This document shows positions 1 through 7,913 of a DNA stretch of 27,016 bases, in pieces; positions within the stretch are counted from its first letter, which is position 1, and the number at the start of each line of letters is the position of its first letter. The stretch comes from Candidatus Moraniibacteriota bacterium. GTDB taxonomy: Bacteria > Patescibacteriota > Minisyncoccia > CAIUEV01 > JAHKAQ01. A model generated the notes under the pieces. The model was not told the DNA's origin. It worked only from the letters and a program-made list of their open reading frames with translations, and made no database searches. The stretch is taken from NCBI GenBank assembly GCA_014729795.1, contig WJJI01000025.1, positions 1 through 27,016 of the forward strand, written 5' to 3'. A program made the position numbers and the translations under genes.

Positions 1-2
1 AC

Positions 3-2888
3 CTAAAAAACGCCAACTTTAATCTGGCTAGAATTCATGAGGTAAAATTTAATCACACGCATATTGAAAAAGCTCAAAACTTAAACCAAGCCGCTTATTA
101 TCAAGTTGATTTTCACAACGCTTATTTAAAAGACTTAGATTGGACAGGAAGAGATTTAACTTTGGCGAATTTCAGAAACACGAACTTAAAAAACATTAAT
201 TTCGCTCAAACCAATCTAAGCAAAACAGACTTTACTCAAGCCAGACTAGAAAACATTAATCTAACCAGCGCCAACATCAAAGACGCTGATTTTAATCAAA
301 CCACCAGATTAAACATCAACGCGGTTAACACTAACCTGGATGGCGCGGTCATTAATTTTCCAGCCTTAAATCCATTTTATAAGTCCTGGAATCTTTTTGG
401 CAGCGCTTATTTTGATCAATTGATTGCCGGCTGTATGAGACCAAAAATTAATCTTCCTGCGGGAATTAAAAAAACAATCTTTGCCGGGCCAAGCGATGAT
501 TATCTTTACGGAACAGTTGAGTCAATAATTTGGGCGGGTTCGGGAGCAGACGATATTGGCATTTACTTTCCCGACAATTCAGATCACATAAGTACAGTAA
601 TTCCAGGTCCGGGTGATGATGTTATCACCGGCGGAGATCATCTGGTTTATCAAAAAGGAGACGGTTTGGATACAATTGAAAGAAACAGAAGGCCAAATGA
701 TATTCGCAGCGAACACGATATTATTATTATGGAAAACATTACCCAAGAAGAAGTAAACATCACCCGCAATGAATACGGCAACATCAATGGAGTTTACCTG
801 AAAGACGGCAGTGGCGGAATCAAAATAGTGGGAGGAAGCATGGAAAAAGTAATCTTCAATCAAGGTACTTTATACGGAACTGATTCAAAAGACATTCATC
901 CCGATTTTCCAACCCCTCCGGAAAATCAAACCCAAGGAAGAGCGCACAATATCTGTGTAAGGTTTGTTGAAGCAGACGATTCTTCTTCTTTAATAAGAGA
1001 CATGGAGGAACAAGCCATGCGGGTTGAGGCTCAATCTTATTCTAATAATTCAGATCAAGACGCAGGGCCGGGGCCGGGAAACAATCCGGAAGGCTCCACA
1101 AACGACAACTTAATAAATCAAGGCGGTTACCCGGACTTTGATCAAGTAAACACCTATGATCCAGGTGATCCAGACGTGGACGCGCAAGAAAGCGGGAGAG
1201 ATGATTCAAATTATGATGGAGAATCAGCTAGTTGGAATAGTTGGAATTGGGCGCCTCCTCAACCAATGAACTTGGAAGAAATAACCAATGAACAAGGCTG
1301 GTTACAGAATGGTGATAATGAGCAACAGGAAAACGCAGATAATGCCAATACGGGTAACTATCCGGGGCCGGGGCCGGGGCCGGAAGAATCAGAACAAGAA
1401 GAACTAAATATTAATGAATTTGTTAGCGATAGTTTATTATATATAGAATCACTAGAAGAATGGTACGAAATTTTAAAAGACCTGGAAAACAATTCTTCTA
1501 ATAAGTTTAAAAATACCATTAATTTTCTAAAAAAAGATTACCCAAGATTTTTAATGGACCTTATATCTATTTATTCCGAGATCGACAATCCTGGCCCTGA
1601 ATTAATAGGCAATGGTAGGGGCCCGTTGTTTACATCCATCGATTCAGAAGAATTGCAAGGAATCTATACTGATTTAAAAAGCCAAACAGGCTATACATTG
1701 CTGTTTGATAAAATTAATACTGTATTTGATCAAGGAAACCAAAACCCGGATTTGTTGTATTATTATTCTGCAGAACTAAAGGTGAATTATCCAAATACTT
1801 GGCAAATGTTTATTGATAAATATCCTGACGTGGAGTCAAATATTTTCTCCGATTTTTATTTTCCTTATATTGATTCTACTTATTATCGTTTTGATGATTT
1901 TAGTTCTGCCAGGTTGATTAATAAGTTGATTAATAATCTGGTTTATTTAGCAAAAAATCATCCTAATAGGTACAATTTTATACGCTACAAAAATCCCGAT
2001 CTTGATTTAAAGAGACTATTTGAAAATGAATTTTTAATTTATTCTGGAGGGTATCCAGATTTTGATGAGGAAAACGCTTATTTCGAAGATTTTGGTTTTG
2101 CAGTAGATTTAAATCAAGAAGGCGATGGGGAAAACGTTTATTTCGAAGATTCTGGTTTTGCAGTAGATTTAAATCAAGAAGGCATGGACTTAAGTTTTTA
2201 TGGAAATTCGTATAGTGATTTTAATTCACTACCGGGAGAAGTTAATTTTGAATTAATGAATATTATTGAACCGCAGATAGAATATTTGCTTGGTGAAGAA
2301 ATAACATTTTTTTTATTATACAGTAAAAGTCGCGATCCAAACGCAACGAGCGACGAAGAACACATAAGTGGATACTATGTTACATACTCTAGTGAAGTTA
2401 TTGGTACTGATCCGAGCCAGGCTAGCGAGCCAAATGAATGGGTGAATACAGCTTATGAAGCTGATTACAAAAGCACCAGAGAAGCCTTTTTTGAAATAGG
2501 CGCTTCCATTCCAAATATTGATTATTCATTAAATAATCAAGAACAGCTTTACAATCACATAAAAGAAGAAATAAAGAAGGAGTACCCCGAAATACAACAA
2601 AGGTATGATTTTTTAGTTGAAAATTTTAATTACGACAACCTTGACGGTTTTTTACAAAGTTATGATTTGGTAATTTGTCCTTCAAATTCAAATAACAATT
2701 TGTTTTTAACACTGGGCAAACTTGAAAAAATAGAACTTTCTGGCAGTAATTCGGGAGAAGAGTATACTCTTTTTCATTATAATGTAGAAGATAATGATCA
2801 ATATAGCAAGGTTGTTTATTGGTATAAAGACACAGCCGATGAAGAAGGTACTGTTCTTGAAAATATTGATTTTTATCCCCGACAGTAA
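3..2888 (+). CDS. Large pentapeptide-repeat-containing protein with acidic low-complexity core and internal repeats (N-terminus upstream of the window)
   Basis: The frame stays open from nt 3 to the listed ORF (TTG at 162 is only the first in-window start). The N-terminal ~130 aa are pentapeptide repeats, e.g. NLKNINFAQTNLSKTDFTQARLENINLTSANIKDADF. A D/E/N/Q-rich low-complexity region follows, with two (GP)n motifs and the motif GGYPDFD twice. A 20-aa unit is exactly duplicated, ENAYFEDFGFAVDLNQEG / ENVYFEDSGFAVDLNQEG. No catalytic motif recognised. Stop TAA at 2886-2888. Confidence 0.6.
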   Translation, partial: LKNANFNLARIHEVKFNHTHIEKAQNLNQAAYYQVDFHNAYLKDLDWTGRDLTLANFRNTNLKNINFAQTNLSKTDFTQARLENINLTSANIKDADFNQTTRLNINAVNTNLDGAVINFPALNPFYKSWNLFGSAYFDQLIAGCMRPKINLPAGIKKTIFAGPSDDYLYGTVESIIWAGSGADDIGIYFPDNSDHISTVIPGPGDDVITGGDHLVYQKGDGLDTIERNRRPNDIRSEHDIIIMENITQEEVNITRNEYGNINGVYLKDGSGGIKIVGGSMEKVIFNQGTLYGTDSKDIHPDFPTPPENQTQGRAHNICVRFVEADDSSSLIRDMEEQAMRVEAQSYSNNSDQDAGPGPGNNPEGSTNDNLINQGGYPDFDQVNTYDPGDPDVDAQESGRDDSNYDGESASWNSWNWAPPQPMNLEEITNEQGWLQNGDNEQQENADNANTGNYPGPGPGPEESEQEELNINEFVSDSLLYIESLEEWYEILKDLENNSSNKFKNTINFLKKDYPRFLMDLISIYSEIDNPGPELIGNGRGPLFTSIDSEELQGIYTDLKSQTGYTLLFDKINTVFDQGNQNPDLLYYYSAELKVNYPNTWQMFIDKYPDVESNIFSDFYFPYIDSTYYRFDDFSSARLINKLINNLVYLAKNHPNRYNFIRYKNPDLDLKRLFENEFLIYSGGYPDFDEENAYFEDFGFAVDLNQEGDGENVYFEDSGFAVDLNQEGMDLSFYGNSYSDFNSLPGEVNFELMNIIEPQIEYLLGEEITFFLLYSKSRDPNATSDEEHISGYYVTYSSEVIGTDPSQASEPNEWVNTAYEADYKSTREAFFEIGASIPNIDYSLNNQEQLYNHIKEEIKKEYPEIQQRYDFLVENFNYDNLDGFLQSYDLVICPSNSNNNLFLTLGKLEKIELSGSNSGEEYTLFHYNVEDNDQYSKVVYWYKDTADEEGTVLENIDFYPRQ
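1363..1384 (+). repeat. In-frame hexanucleotide repeat (CCGGGG)n encoding a (GP)n linker, with a shorter copy at 1066-1078
   Basis: The sequence ccggggccggggccggggccgg is read directly; it is a GC-rich microsatellite in an AT-rich gene and encodes YPGPGPGPEE. The earlier copy gggccggggccggg encodes AGPGPGN. Confidence 0.8.
2070..2189 (+). repeat. Near-perfect 60-bp tandem duplication inside the large ORF
   Basis: The two units gaaaacgcttatttcgaagattttggttttgcagtagatttaaatcaagaaggc and gaaaacgtttatttcgaagattctggttttgcagtagatttaaatcaagaaggc are adjacent. They differ at 2-3 positions over ~54 nt. Confidence 0.85.
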
Positions 2889-2964
2889 CATTGTTAAATA
2901 GTTTTTGTAACCGCAATATTTTTGCATTTAAGCAACCGTAAAAATTGATTGAATGGTTTTAATC

Positions 2965-2993
2965 TTGCCAGTCTCCCCTGTTTTTGCTATAAA
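2965..2993 (+). promoter_or_regulatory. Putative sigma70-type promoter driving the aspS leader
   Basis: TTGCCA at 2965-2970, a 17-nt spacer, then TATAAA at 2988-2993. It lies just upstream of the predicted T-box stem I. Confidence 0.4.
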
Positions 2994-2999
2994 TTAAAC

Positions 3000-3270
3000 A
3001 AAGCGGAGATGCGGTTAACACCGCGGAGCTCGGGGCGGAAAGTTTGGATTTGCCAAACAAGTAGATCCCCGCGGTTAAATATAATGTGGCCGTGATCACA
3101 TAACTTCAGGTTTGGGAATTCATGTTTAAACATAATTACCTAAAACCAAAAGTTAATAAGGCTTATACTGGTGACAGTTATAGCAAATTGAGGTGGCACC
3201 GCGGTAAAAACCGCCCTCATGATTTCAAATAGAAAAGTTTGAAATCAGTGGGGCGGTTTTTTGTTTTTTT
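3000..3270 (+). promoter_or_regulatory. T-box riboswitch leader (tRNA-sensing transcription antiterminator) upstream of aspS
   Basis: The conserved T-box sequence AAATTGAGGTGGCACCGCGG is at 3185-3204. A canonical antiterminator can be drawn: helix GAGG (3190-3193)/CCTC (3215-3218), the 7-nt bulge UGGCACC that pairs with tRNA NCCA, and helix GCGG (3201-3204)/CCGC (3211-3214). The bulge variable base C is complementary to discriminator G73 of tRNA-Asp. The competing terminator hairpin is CCGCCCTCATGATTTCAAA...TTTGAAATCAGTGGGGCGG followed by a T-run. A stem-I-like hairpin (CGGGG 3031-3035 / CCCCG 3067-3071, with inner GTTTGG/CCAAAC) has an internal loop containing GAU (3064-3066), a possible Asp specifier. 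Confidence 0.75.
3211..3270 (+). terminator. Intrinsic terminator of the T-box leader (alternative to the antiterminator)
   Basis: A long imperfect hairpin pairs 3211-3229 with 3238-3256 (CCGCCC...GGGCGG at its base). It is followed by TTTTTTGTTTTTTT at 3257-3270. Confidence 0.7.
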
Positions 3271-3375
3271 ACTATTTATTTTTTTACTTTGACTTACCAA
3301 GGGTATAAATTCTATAACAATCAGTTAAAAATTTAAAAGGTTTTAATAATTTTATAAAAACTTAATTTAAAAAAC

Positions 3376-5247
3376 ATGACTAATCTTATTATCAAAAATC
3401 AATATCGCGATCATCATTGTGGAGAATTAGGAATAAAACAAAAAAGCCAGCAAGTAAAGCTGGCCGGTTGGGTTCATTCCCGCCGGGACCACGGCGGTTT
3501 AATTTTTGTTGATTTGCGAGATTTTTTCGGTACCACACAAGTCGTGTTTGATCCGAAAAATTCTACCAAAACCCATAAAAAAGCCGAGCAAATTAGAACC
3601 CAGTGGTGTTTGGCCGTACAAGGAACAGTTAGAAAAAGATTAACCGGTATGGAAAATCCAAAATTAAAAACCGGTCAAATCGAATTAATAGTGGATGATT
3701 TAACGATTTTAAGCCAAGCCAAAACTCCGCCATTTGAGATTAAGGATAAAACTCAAACCAGTGAGGAGTTAAGGCTCAAGTATCGTTACTTGGATCTGCG
3801 ACGGCGGAAAATGCGCGATAATTTAAAGTTCCGCGCTCAGGTTAATTTGTTTACTCGGAATTGGTTCTCAAACAAAGACTTTTTAGAGGTGGAAACTCCA
3901 TTGCTTTCAGCTCCGGCTCCGGAGGGGGCTCGGGATTTTTTAGTGCCGGCTCGGCGAGAACCGGGCAAATTTTTTGCTTTACCTCAATCTCCGCAAATAT
4001 TTAAACAATTTTTAATGTATTCTGCGGTTGATAAGTATTTCCAAATTTCACCGGCTTTTCGAGATGAAGACTCTAGAGCTGATCGGCATGTTGACGTACA
4101 TTACCAACTGGATTTGGAGATGGCTTTTACCACTCAACAGGATATTTGGGAAATGTATCAACAATATTTGGCCGAATTAATTAAAAAATTCGCGCCCCGG
4201 AAAAAACTTTTGAAAACTCCGTTGCCAAAATTCAGTCATAAGCAGGCTCAAGAGCGTTTTGGCAGCGATAAGCCAGATATAAGGTTTGGTTTAGAATTAT
4301 CGGACATCACAAAAATTGCTCAAAAAACCGACTTTAATATCTTTAAACAAGCCGAACAAATAAATCTGCTTAAGGTCCCGAAAATCCGAGCCCGAGCTTT
4401 TGAGCTTACCGGCTTTGATTTAAAAGTGTTTGGTCAAGGCGATTTAGTATTTAGCCGCAAGGATCTGGATGATCTAACCGAAATCGCCAAAGGAGCGGGA
4501 GCGGCTGGTTTGGCTTGGACAAAAATTATTAAAGATAATCAACCTGAAGGAGGAATTGCTAAATTTTTAAGCCCCGATCTTATTAAACAAATGAACGCCG
4601 CTCAAGGAGATACCTTGTTTTTCGCGGCCGACACTCGAGCGCAAACAGCAAAAATTTTAGATATTGTCAGAAATCAAATCGCTGAAAAATTCTCGCTTAA
4701 GGATCCAAATCTTTTAGCTTTTTGCTGGATTAATGATTTTCCAATTTTTGAGCCGGTAGAAGAAGGGGCTCACGGCATGTCCGAGCAAGGCAGTGGGGTG
4801 CAATTCGGTCATAATCCCTTTACCAACCCGGATTGCACGTTGGAGGAACTAAAAAAAGCCCGCCAGACCGGAGCGCCGGCTTTGCTTAAAATTAAAGCCC
4901 GACAGTTTGATTTAGTGTGTAATGGCATGGAAATGTTTTCCGGAGGAGAACGTTGCGTCAATCCAGCTATGCTCCATGAATCTTTTAAGGCGGTGGGCTA
5001 CAGCGATAAACAGGTGAAAAGGAACTTTGGACCAATTTTGGAAGCTTTTGAGTATGGCCCTCCTCCTCATTCCGGACTCGGACAAGGAATGGATCGTATG
5101 CTTATGACTTTGAATGACGAAACTAATGTTCGGGAAATGACGGCTTTCCCTAAAACCGCGACTTGTCAAGATCTAATGCTTAACTCTCCGCGTCCGGTTG
5201 CGCCAGCGGTTCTAGATGAGCTGGGCTTGGCGATTAAAGAAAATTAA
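3376..5247 (+). CDS. aspS: Aspartate--tRNA ligase (AspRS, class II)
   Basis: The N-terminal anticodon-binding OB fold reads RDHHCGELG...GWVHSRRDHGGLIFVDLRD. Class II motifs are present: FRDEDSRADRH, QLDLEMAF and GMDRMLM...FPK. Length is 623 aa, with a GAD-like insertion. Confidence 0.9.
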   Translation: MTNLIIKNQYRDHHCGELGIKQKSQQVKLAGWVHSRRDHGGLIFVDLRDFFGTTQVVFDPKNSTKTHKKAEQIRTQWCLAVQGTVRKRLTGMENPKLKTGQIELIVDDLTILSQAKTPPFEIKDKTQTSEELRLKYRYLDLRRRKMRDNLKFRAQVNLFTRNWFSNKDFLEVETPLLSAPAPEGARDFLVPARREPGKFFALPQSPQIFKQFLMYSAVDKYFQISPAFRDEDSRADRHVDVHYQLDLEMAFTTQQDIWEMYQQYLAELIKKFAPRKKLLKTPLPKFSHKQAQERFGSDKPDIRFGLELSDITKIAQKTDFNIFKQAEQINLLKVPKIRARAFELTGFDLKVFGQGDLVFSRKDLDDLTEIAKGAGAAGLAWTKIIKDNQPEGGIAKFLSPDLIKQMNAAQGDTLFFAADTRAQTAKILDIVRNQIAEKFSLKDPNLLAFCWINDFPIFEPVEEGAHGMSEQGSGVQFGHNPFTNPDCTLEELKKARQTGAPALLKIKARQFDLVCNGMEMFSGGERCVNPAMLHESFKAVGYSDKQVKRNFGPILEAFEYGPPPHSGLGQGMDRMLMTLNDETNVREMTAFPKTATCQDLMLNSPRPVAPAVLDELGLAIKEN

Positions 5248-6077
5248 AGCCTCCATTGTTTTAAAGCCTTGGTGTACGCCTGAGTGCTGCCAACATCATG
5301 CCATTGACCTTTGAAAATATAAGCGTAGAGTTCGCCTTTTTCTGCAATCCCGGGTAAAACATCCCGGGATAGCATTTTGTCTTTTTTTTGAAGATGATTG
5401 AAGATTTCTGTGTTGAAAATATAAACACCAGCATTAATTAAATGGGAACTGACCTTGCTGGCGGGTTTTTCCTTAAATTCAACCACTTTGTTGCCTTGAA
5501 CATAAGCAACACCCCAGTTTTTAGGTCGATCAACTGAAGTAAGCGCGACAGTGGCCAAACCCCCATGTTTTTTATGAAACTCAAGCATGTCAAGGTAATC
5601 AATATGAGCTAAAACATCTCCATGAATCACAAAAAAGGTTTTATCCTCCAAATAGCTCTTGGTATTGAGCAGAACCGGCGCGGTACCTTGGCTTTTTTTA
5701 GGGTCGCGTACGTATTTAATGTTGACTCCATATTTTGAACCGTCTTGAAAATATTCCTCTATTTTATCGCCAAGATAGCCCACGGACAAAATGATTTCTT
5801 TGAGGTTGTTTTTGGCTAACTGATTAAGGGTATGTTCTAAAAGCGGTTTTTTATGAATCGGAATTAAGGCTTTGGGCAATTCATAGGTAATGGGTCTAAG
5901 CTTTACACCTTGCCCGCCAGCTAAAATTAAAACTTTTATGGAGCTGGGGAAAAGTTGTTTGGTTAAGATATATTCAATGGCATGAGAACGGTTTCTAATT
6001 CTGGAGCCGTCAATATAATTATCCAGTAGTCTTAAGATTTCTTGTTTTAAGGTGATGGTTAGTCTTTGGCGCTTCAT
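5244..6077 (-). CDS. Sugar-phosphate nucleotidyltransferase (NTP_transferase family) with a ~45-aa N-terminal extension resembling a ribbon-helix-helix domain
   Basis: The G-x-G-x-R-L motif appears as LAGGQGVKLRP at residues ~52-62 instead of the usual ~8-15. The fold is typical of the RmlA/GalU/ManC family. The N-terminal segment RLTITLKQEILRLLDNYIDGSRIRNRSHAIEYIL has a strand-helix-helix pattern. The gene is convergent with aspS and the two stop codons overlap. Confidence 0.7.
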   Translation of the reverse strand: MKRQRLTITLKQEILRLLDNYIDGSRIRNRSHAIEYILTKQLFPSSIKVLILAGGQGVKLRPITYELPKALIPIHKKPLLEHTLNQLAKNNLKEIILSVGYLGDKIEEYFQDGSKYGVNIKYVRDPKKSQGTAPVLLNTKSYLEDKTFFVIHGDVLAHIDYLDMLEFHKKHGGLATVALTSVDRPKNWGVAYVQGNKVVEFKEKPASKVSSHLINAGVYIFNTEIFNHLQKKDKMLSRDVLPGIAEKGELYAYIFKGQWHDVGSTQAYTKALKQWRL

Positions 6078-6130
6078 AACTCAAGGCTTAACTGTTAAAT
6101 ACTTCTGTATTGTCTTATACCATTTATTTT

Positions 6131-7762
6131 TTAAGAACTCAAATTATTGAAAATTCCAATAGCGGAAAAAATGCGCTTGACTTTTTTGTATACAATTTGA
6201 AACTGCCTTAAGCCAAGCTGCCAAGATATTATTAAATAAAGGCTTAAACCTACCAGAGAGGCCAGAGCGGCTTGAATTAAAACAGTTAAAAAGGTTTCGG
6301 TGCCTAAATAGGTGCCGCTTATGTATTTGATAAACTGAGCGCCAAAACCGCCAATCAAAGCTGATATTGTGATTTTTAACATTGTTTTAACGATTTTATG
6401 ATCTTGGATTTTTTTTACCTTTAGGTGCAGAAAGGTAAGCATAATGGTTACATTGACTGCTTGAGAGATTGAAAAAGCCAAAGCCAAGCCTTTGACACCC
6501 ATGGAACCTACTAAAAAAAGAGCCAAGCCAATGTTGATCCCTACGGCAATTAAACCGGAAATAAAAGGAGTCAGGGTGTCATGAGCGGCAAAAAAAGCTC
6601 GGGATAATAACGGCAACAGGCTTTGAAAAAACAAACTTAAGGCCAAGTAGCCTAAAATTGAAAGGGTCAGCGTGGTATCATCCCAGTTAAAATTACCGGA
6701 TCCGTAAAGAATGCGAATCAGCTGAGCTCTTAAAATAATGATTAAAACCGTAATCGGAATGACAAAATAAGCAATTTGATTGAAAATTTGGGTAAAAATC
6801 CGACCGAATTTGGTTATTTTTTGCTGGTTGTAAGCAAAAGCCAAATCGGCAAAGACCGCGATAGCAAAAGGGGCGCCAAAAATTGTTAAAGGAATTTCAG
6901 CGATGTTTTTGGCTAAATAATACGCTGAAATCGAACCGCTCATTAAAGTGGAACCAATAATGGTAATTACCAAAAGGTTTAACTGATTAAGCAACAGGGT
7001 CATGCTTCTGGGAATAATTAGGTTTCTTATTTTTATTACGGTTTTGCTTTTTAAATTTAAAACAAAAATGTAGCGAAAACCACATTTAATAGCATAAGGC
7101 AATTGCACCAGCATATGTAAAAAAGCGCCGAGGATCACAGCGGCGCCTAAACCGTAAATTCCATATTTTTTGGCTAAAATAAGAATACCGACAATGATTC
7201 CAAGATTATACATAATTGGAGCCAAAGAATAGAAAAAAAATCTTTTGTAGGTCATTAAAATACCAGAGAATACTCCGGAAATCGAAAGAAAAATGGGAGA
7301 TAATAACAAAATTCTGGTTAAAAGAATAGTTTGATCCAACTTGTCCCGAGAAAAACCCGGCGCTTTTTCATCTGAGAAGCCCGGCACGATAAGAGGCATT
7401 AGAACAGGCGCTAAAATAAAGCAAATCGCCGAGATGCTTATAATAGCGATTAAAACCAAATTAAGAATAGAATTAGCTAATTGAAACGCCTCTTTTTTAT
7501 TTTTAGCTACGTATTGAGAAAAAATCGGGACAAAAGCCGATGATAAGCCGCCATAAATTAAAATATTAAAAAGCAAATCCGGTAAACGAAAGCTGGCATA
7601 ATAGATATCTAGAATATCGCCAGCGCCATAAATATGAGCCAATAATTTGTCGCGGAATAAGCCAAACACACTAGAAATGATGGTCATGCCCCCAATCAAA
7701 AAAGCGCTTTTTTGCAGCTGTCCGGTTGGCTCAGCTTGGGTCTTTGTTTTGGTTTTAGCCAT
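6131..7762 (-). CDS. murJ: Lipid II flippase MurJ (MviN family, MOP superfamily)
   Basis: FGLFRDKLLAHIYGAGDILDIYYASFRLPDLLFNILIYGGLSSAFVPIF matches the MurJ N-terminal signature RDxxLAxxFG...DAFxxAFRIPNLLRxxFxEGxFSxAFVP. The protein has ~14 TM segments. ATG at 7762 (MAKTKTK...) is the preferred start over the upstream listed start. Confidence 0.75.
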   Translation of the reverse strand: MAKTKTKTQAEPTGQLQKSAFLIGGMTIISSVFGLFRDKLLAHIYGAGDILDIYYASFRLPDLLFNILIYGGLSSAFVPIFSQYVAKNKKEAFQLANSILNLVLIAIISISAICFILAPVLMPLIVPGFSDEKAPGFSRDKLDQTILLTRILLLSPIFLSISGVFSGILMTYKRFFFYSLAPIMYNLGIIVGILILAKKYGIYGLGAAVILGAFLHMLVQLPYAIKCGFRYIFVLNLKSKTVIKIRNLIIPRSMTLLLNQLNLLVITIIGSTLMSGSISAYYLAKNIAEIPLTIFGAPFAIAVFADLAFAYNQQKITKFGRIFTQIFNQIAYFVIPITVLIIILRAQLIRILYGSGNFNWDDTTLTLSILGYLALSLFFQSLLPLLSRAFFAAHDTLTPFISGLIAVGINIGLALFLVGSMGVKGLALAFSISQAVNVTIMLTFLHLKVKKIQDHKIVKTMLKITISALIGGFGAQFIKYISGTYLGTETFLTVLIQAALASLVGLSLYLIISWQLGLRQFQIVYKKVKRIFSAIGIFNNLSS

Positions 7763-7852
7763 TAAGCGTTGAGTTAAACTTAAGTTCAGGAAGGTGTTAA
7801 GAATTATGCTTACTTTACAACACATTAGAGTTTAAGGCAAATAAAAAAAGAT

Positions 7853-7880
7853 TGACTTAATTTTTTAAATCGTGATAATG
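7853..7880 (+). promoter_or_regulatory. Putative promoter for the downstream SPFH gene
   Basis: TTGACT at 7853-7858, a spacer of ~16 nt, then a TG-extended GATAAT around 7873-7880. It sits ~35 nt upstream of the ATG at 7914. Confidence 0.35.
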
Positions 7881-7913
7881 GAATGTTTCTTTATTAATTC
7901 TTAAGTAATCAAT

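Noticed and set aside
579-863. Short ORFs in the track that lie antisense or out-of-frame within larger genes: 579-863, 2626-2916, 2706-2927, 4912-5169, 8232-8432, 8651-8974, 8817-9302, 9007-9336, 9885-10088, 12927-13151, 17809-18183, 19610-19795 and 20138-20362
   Set aside because: Each is wholly embedded in a confidently identified gene on the opposite strand or in another frame. They have no recognisable motifs and low-complexity translations, so they are taken as spurious.
5244-5247. Convergent overlap of the aspS and nucleotidyltransferase stop codons (TTAA), and a 4-nt overlap at 26456-26459
   Set aside because: This is common in compact genomes. It is not evidence of programmed frameshifting or an unusual element.
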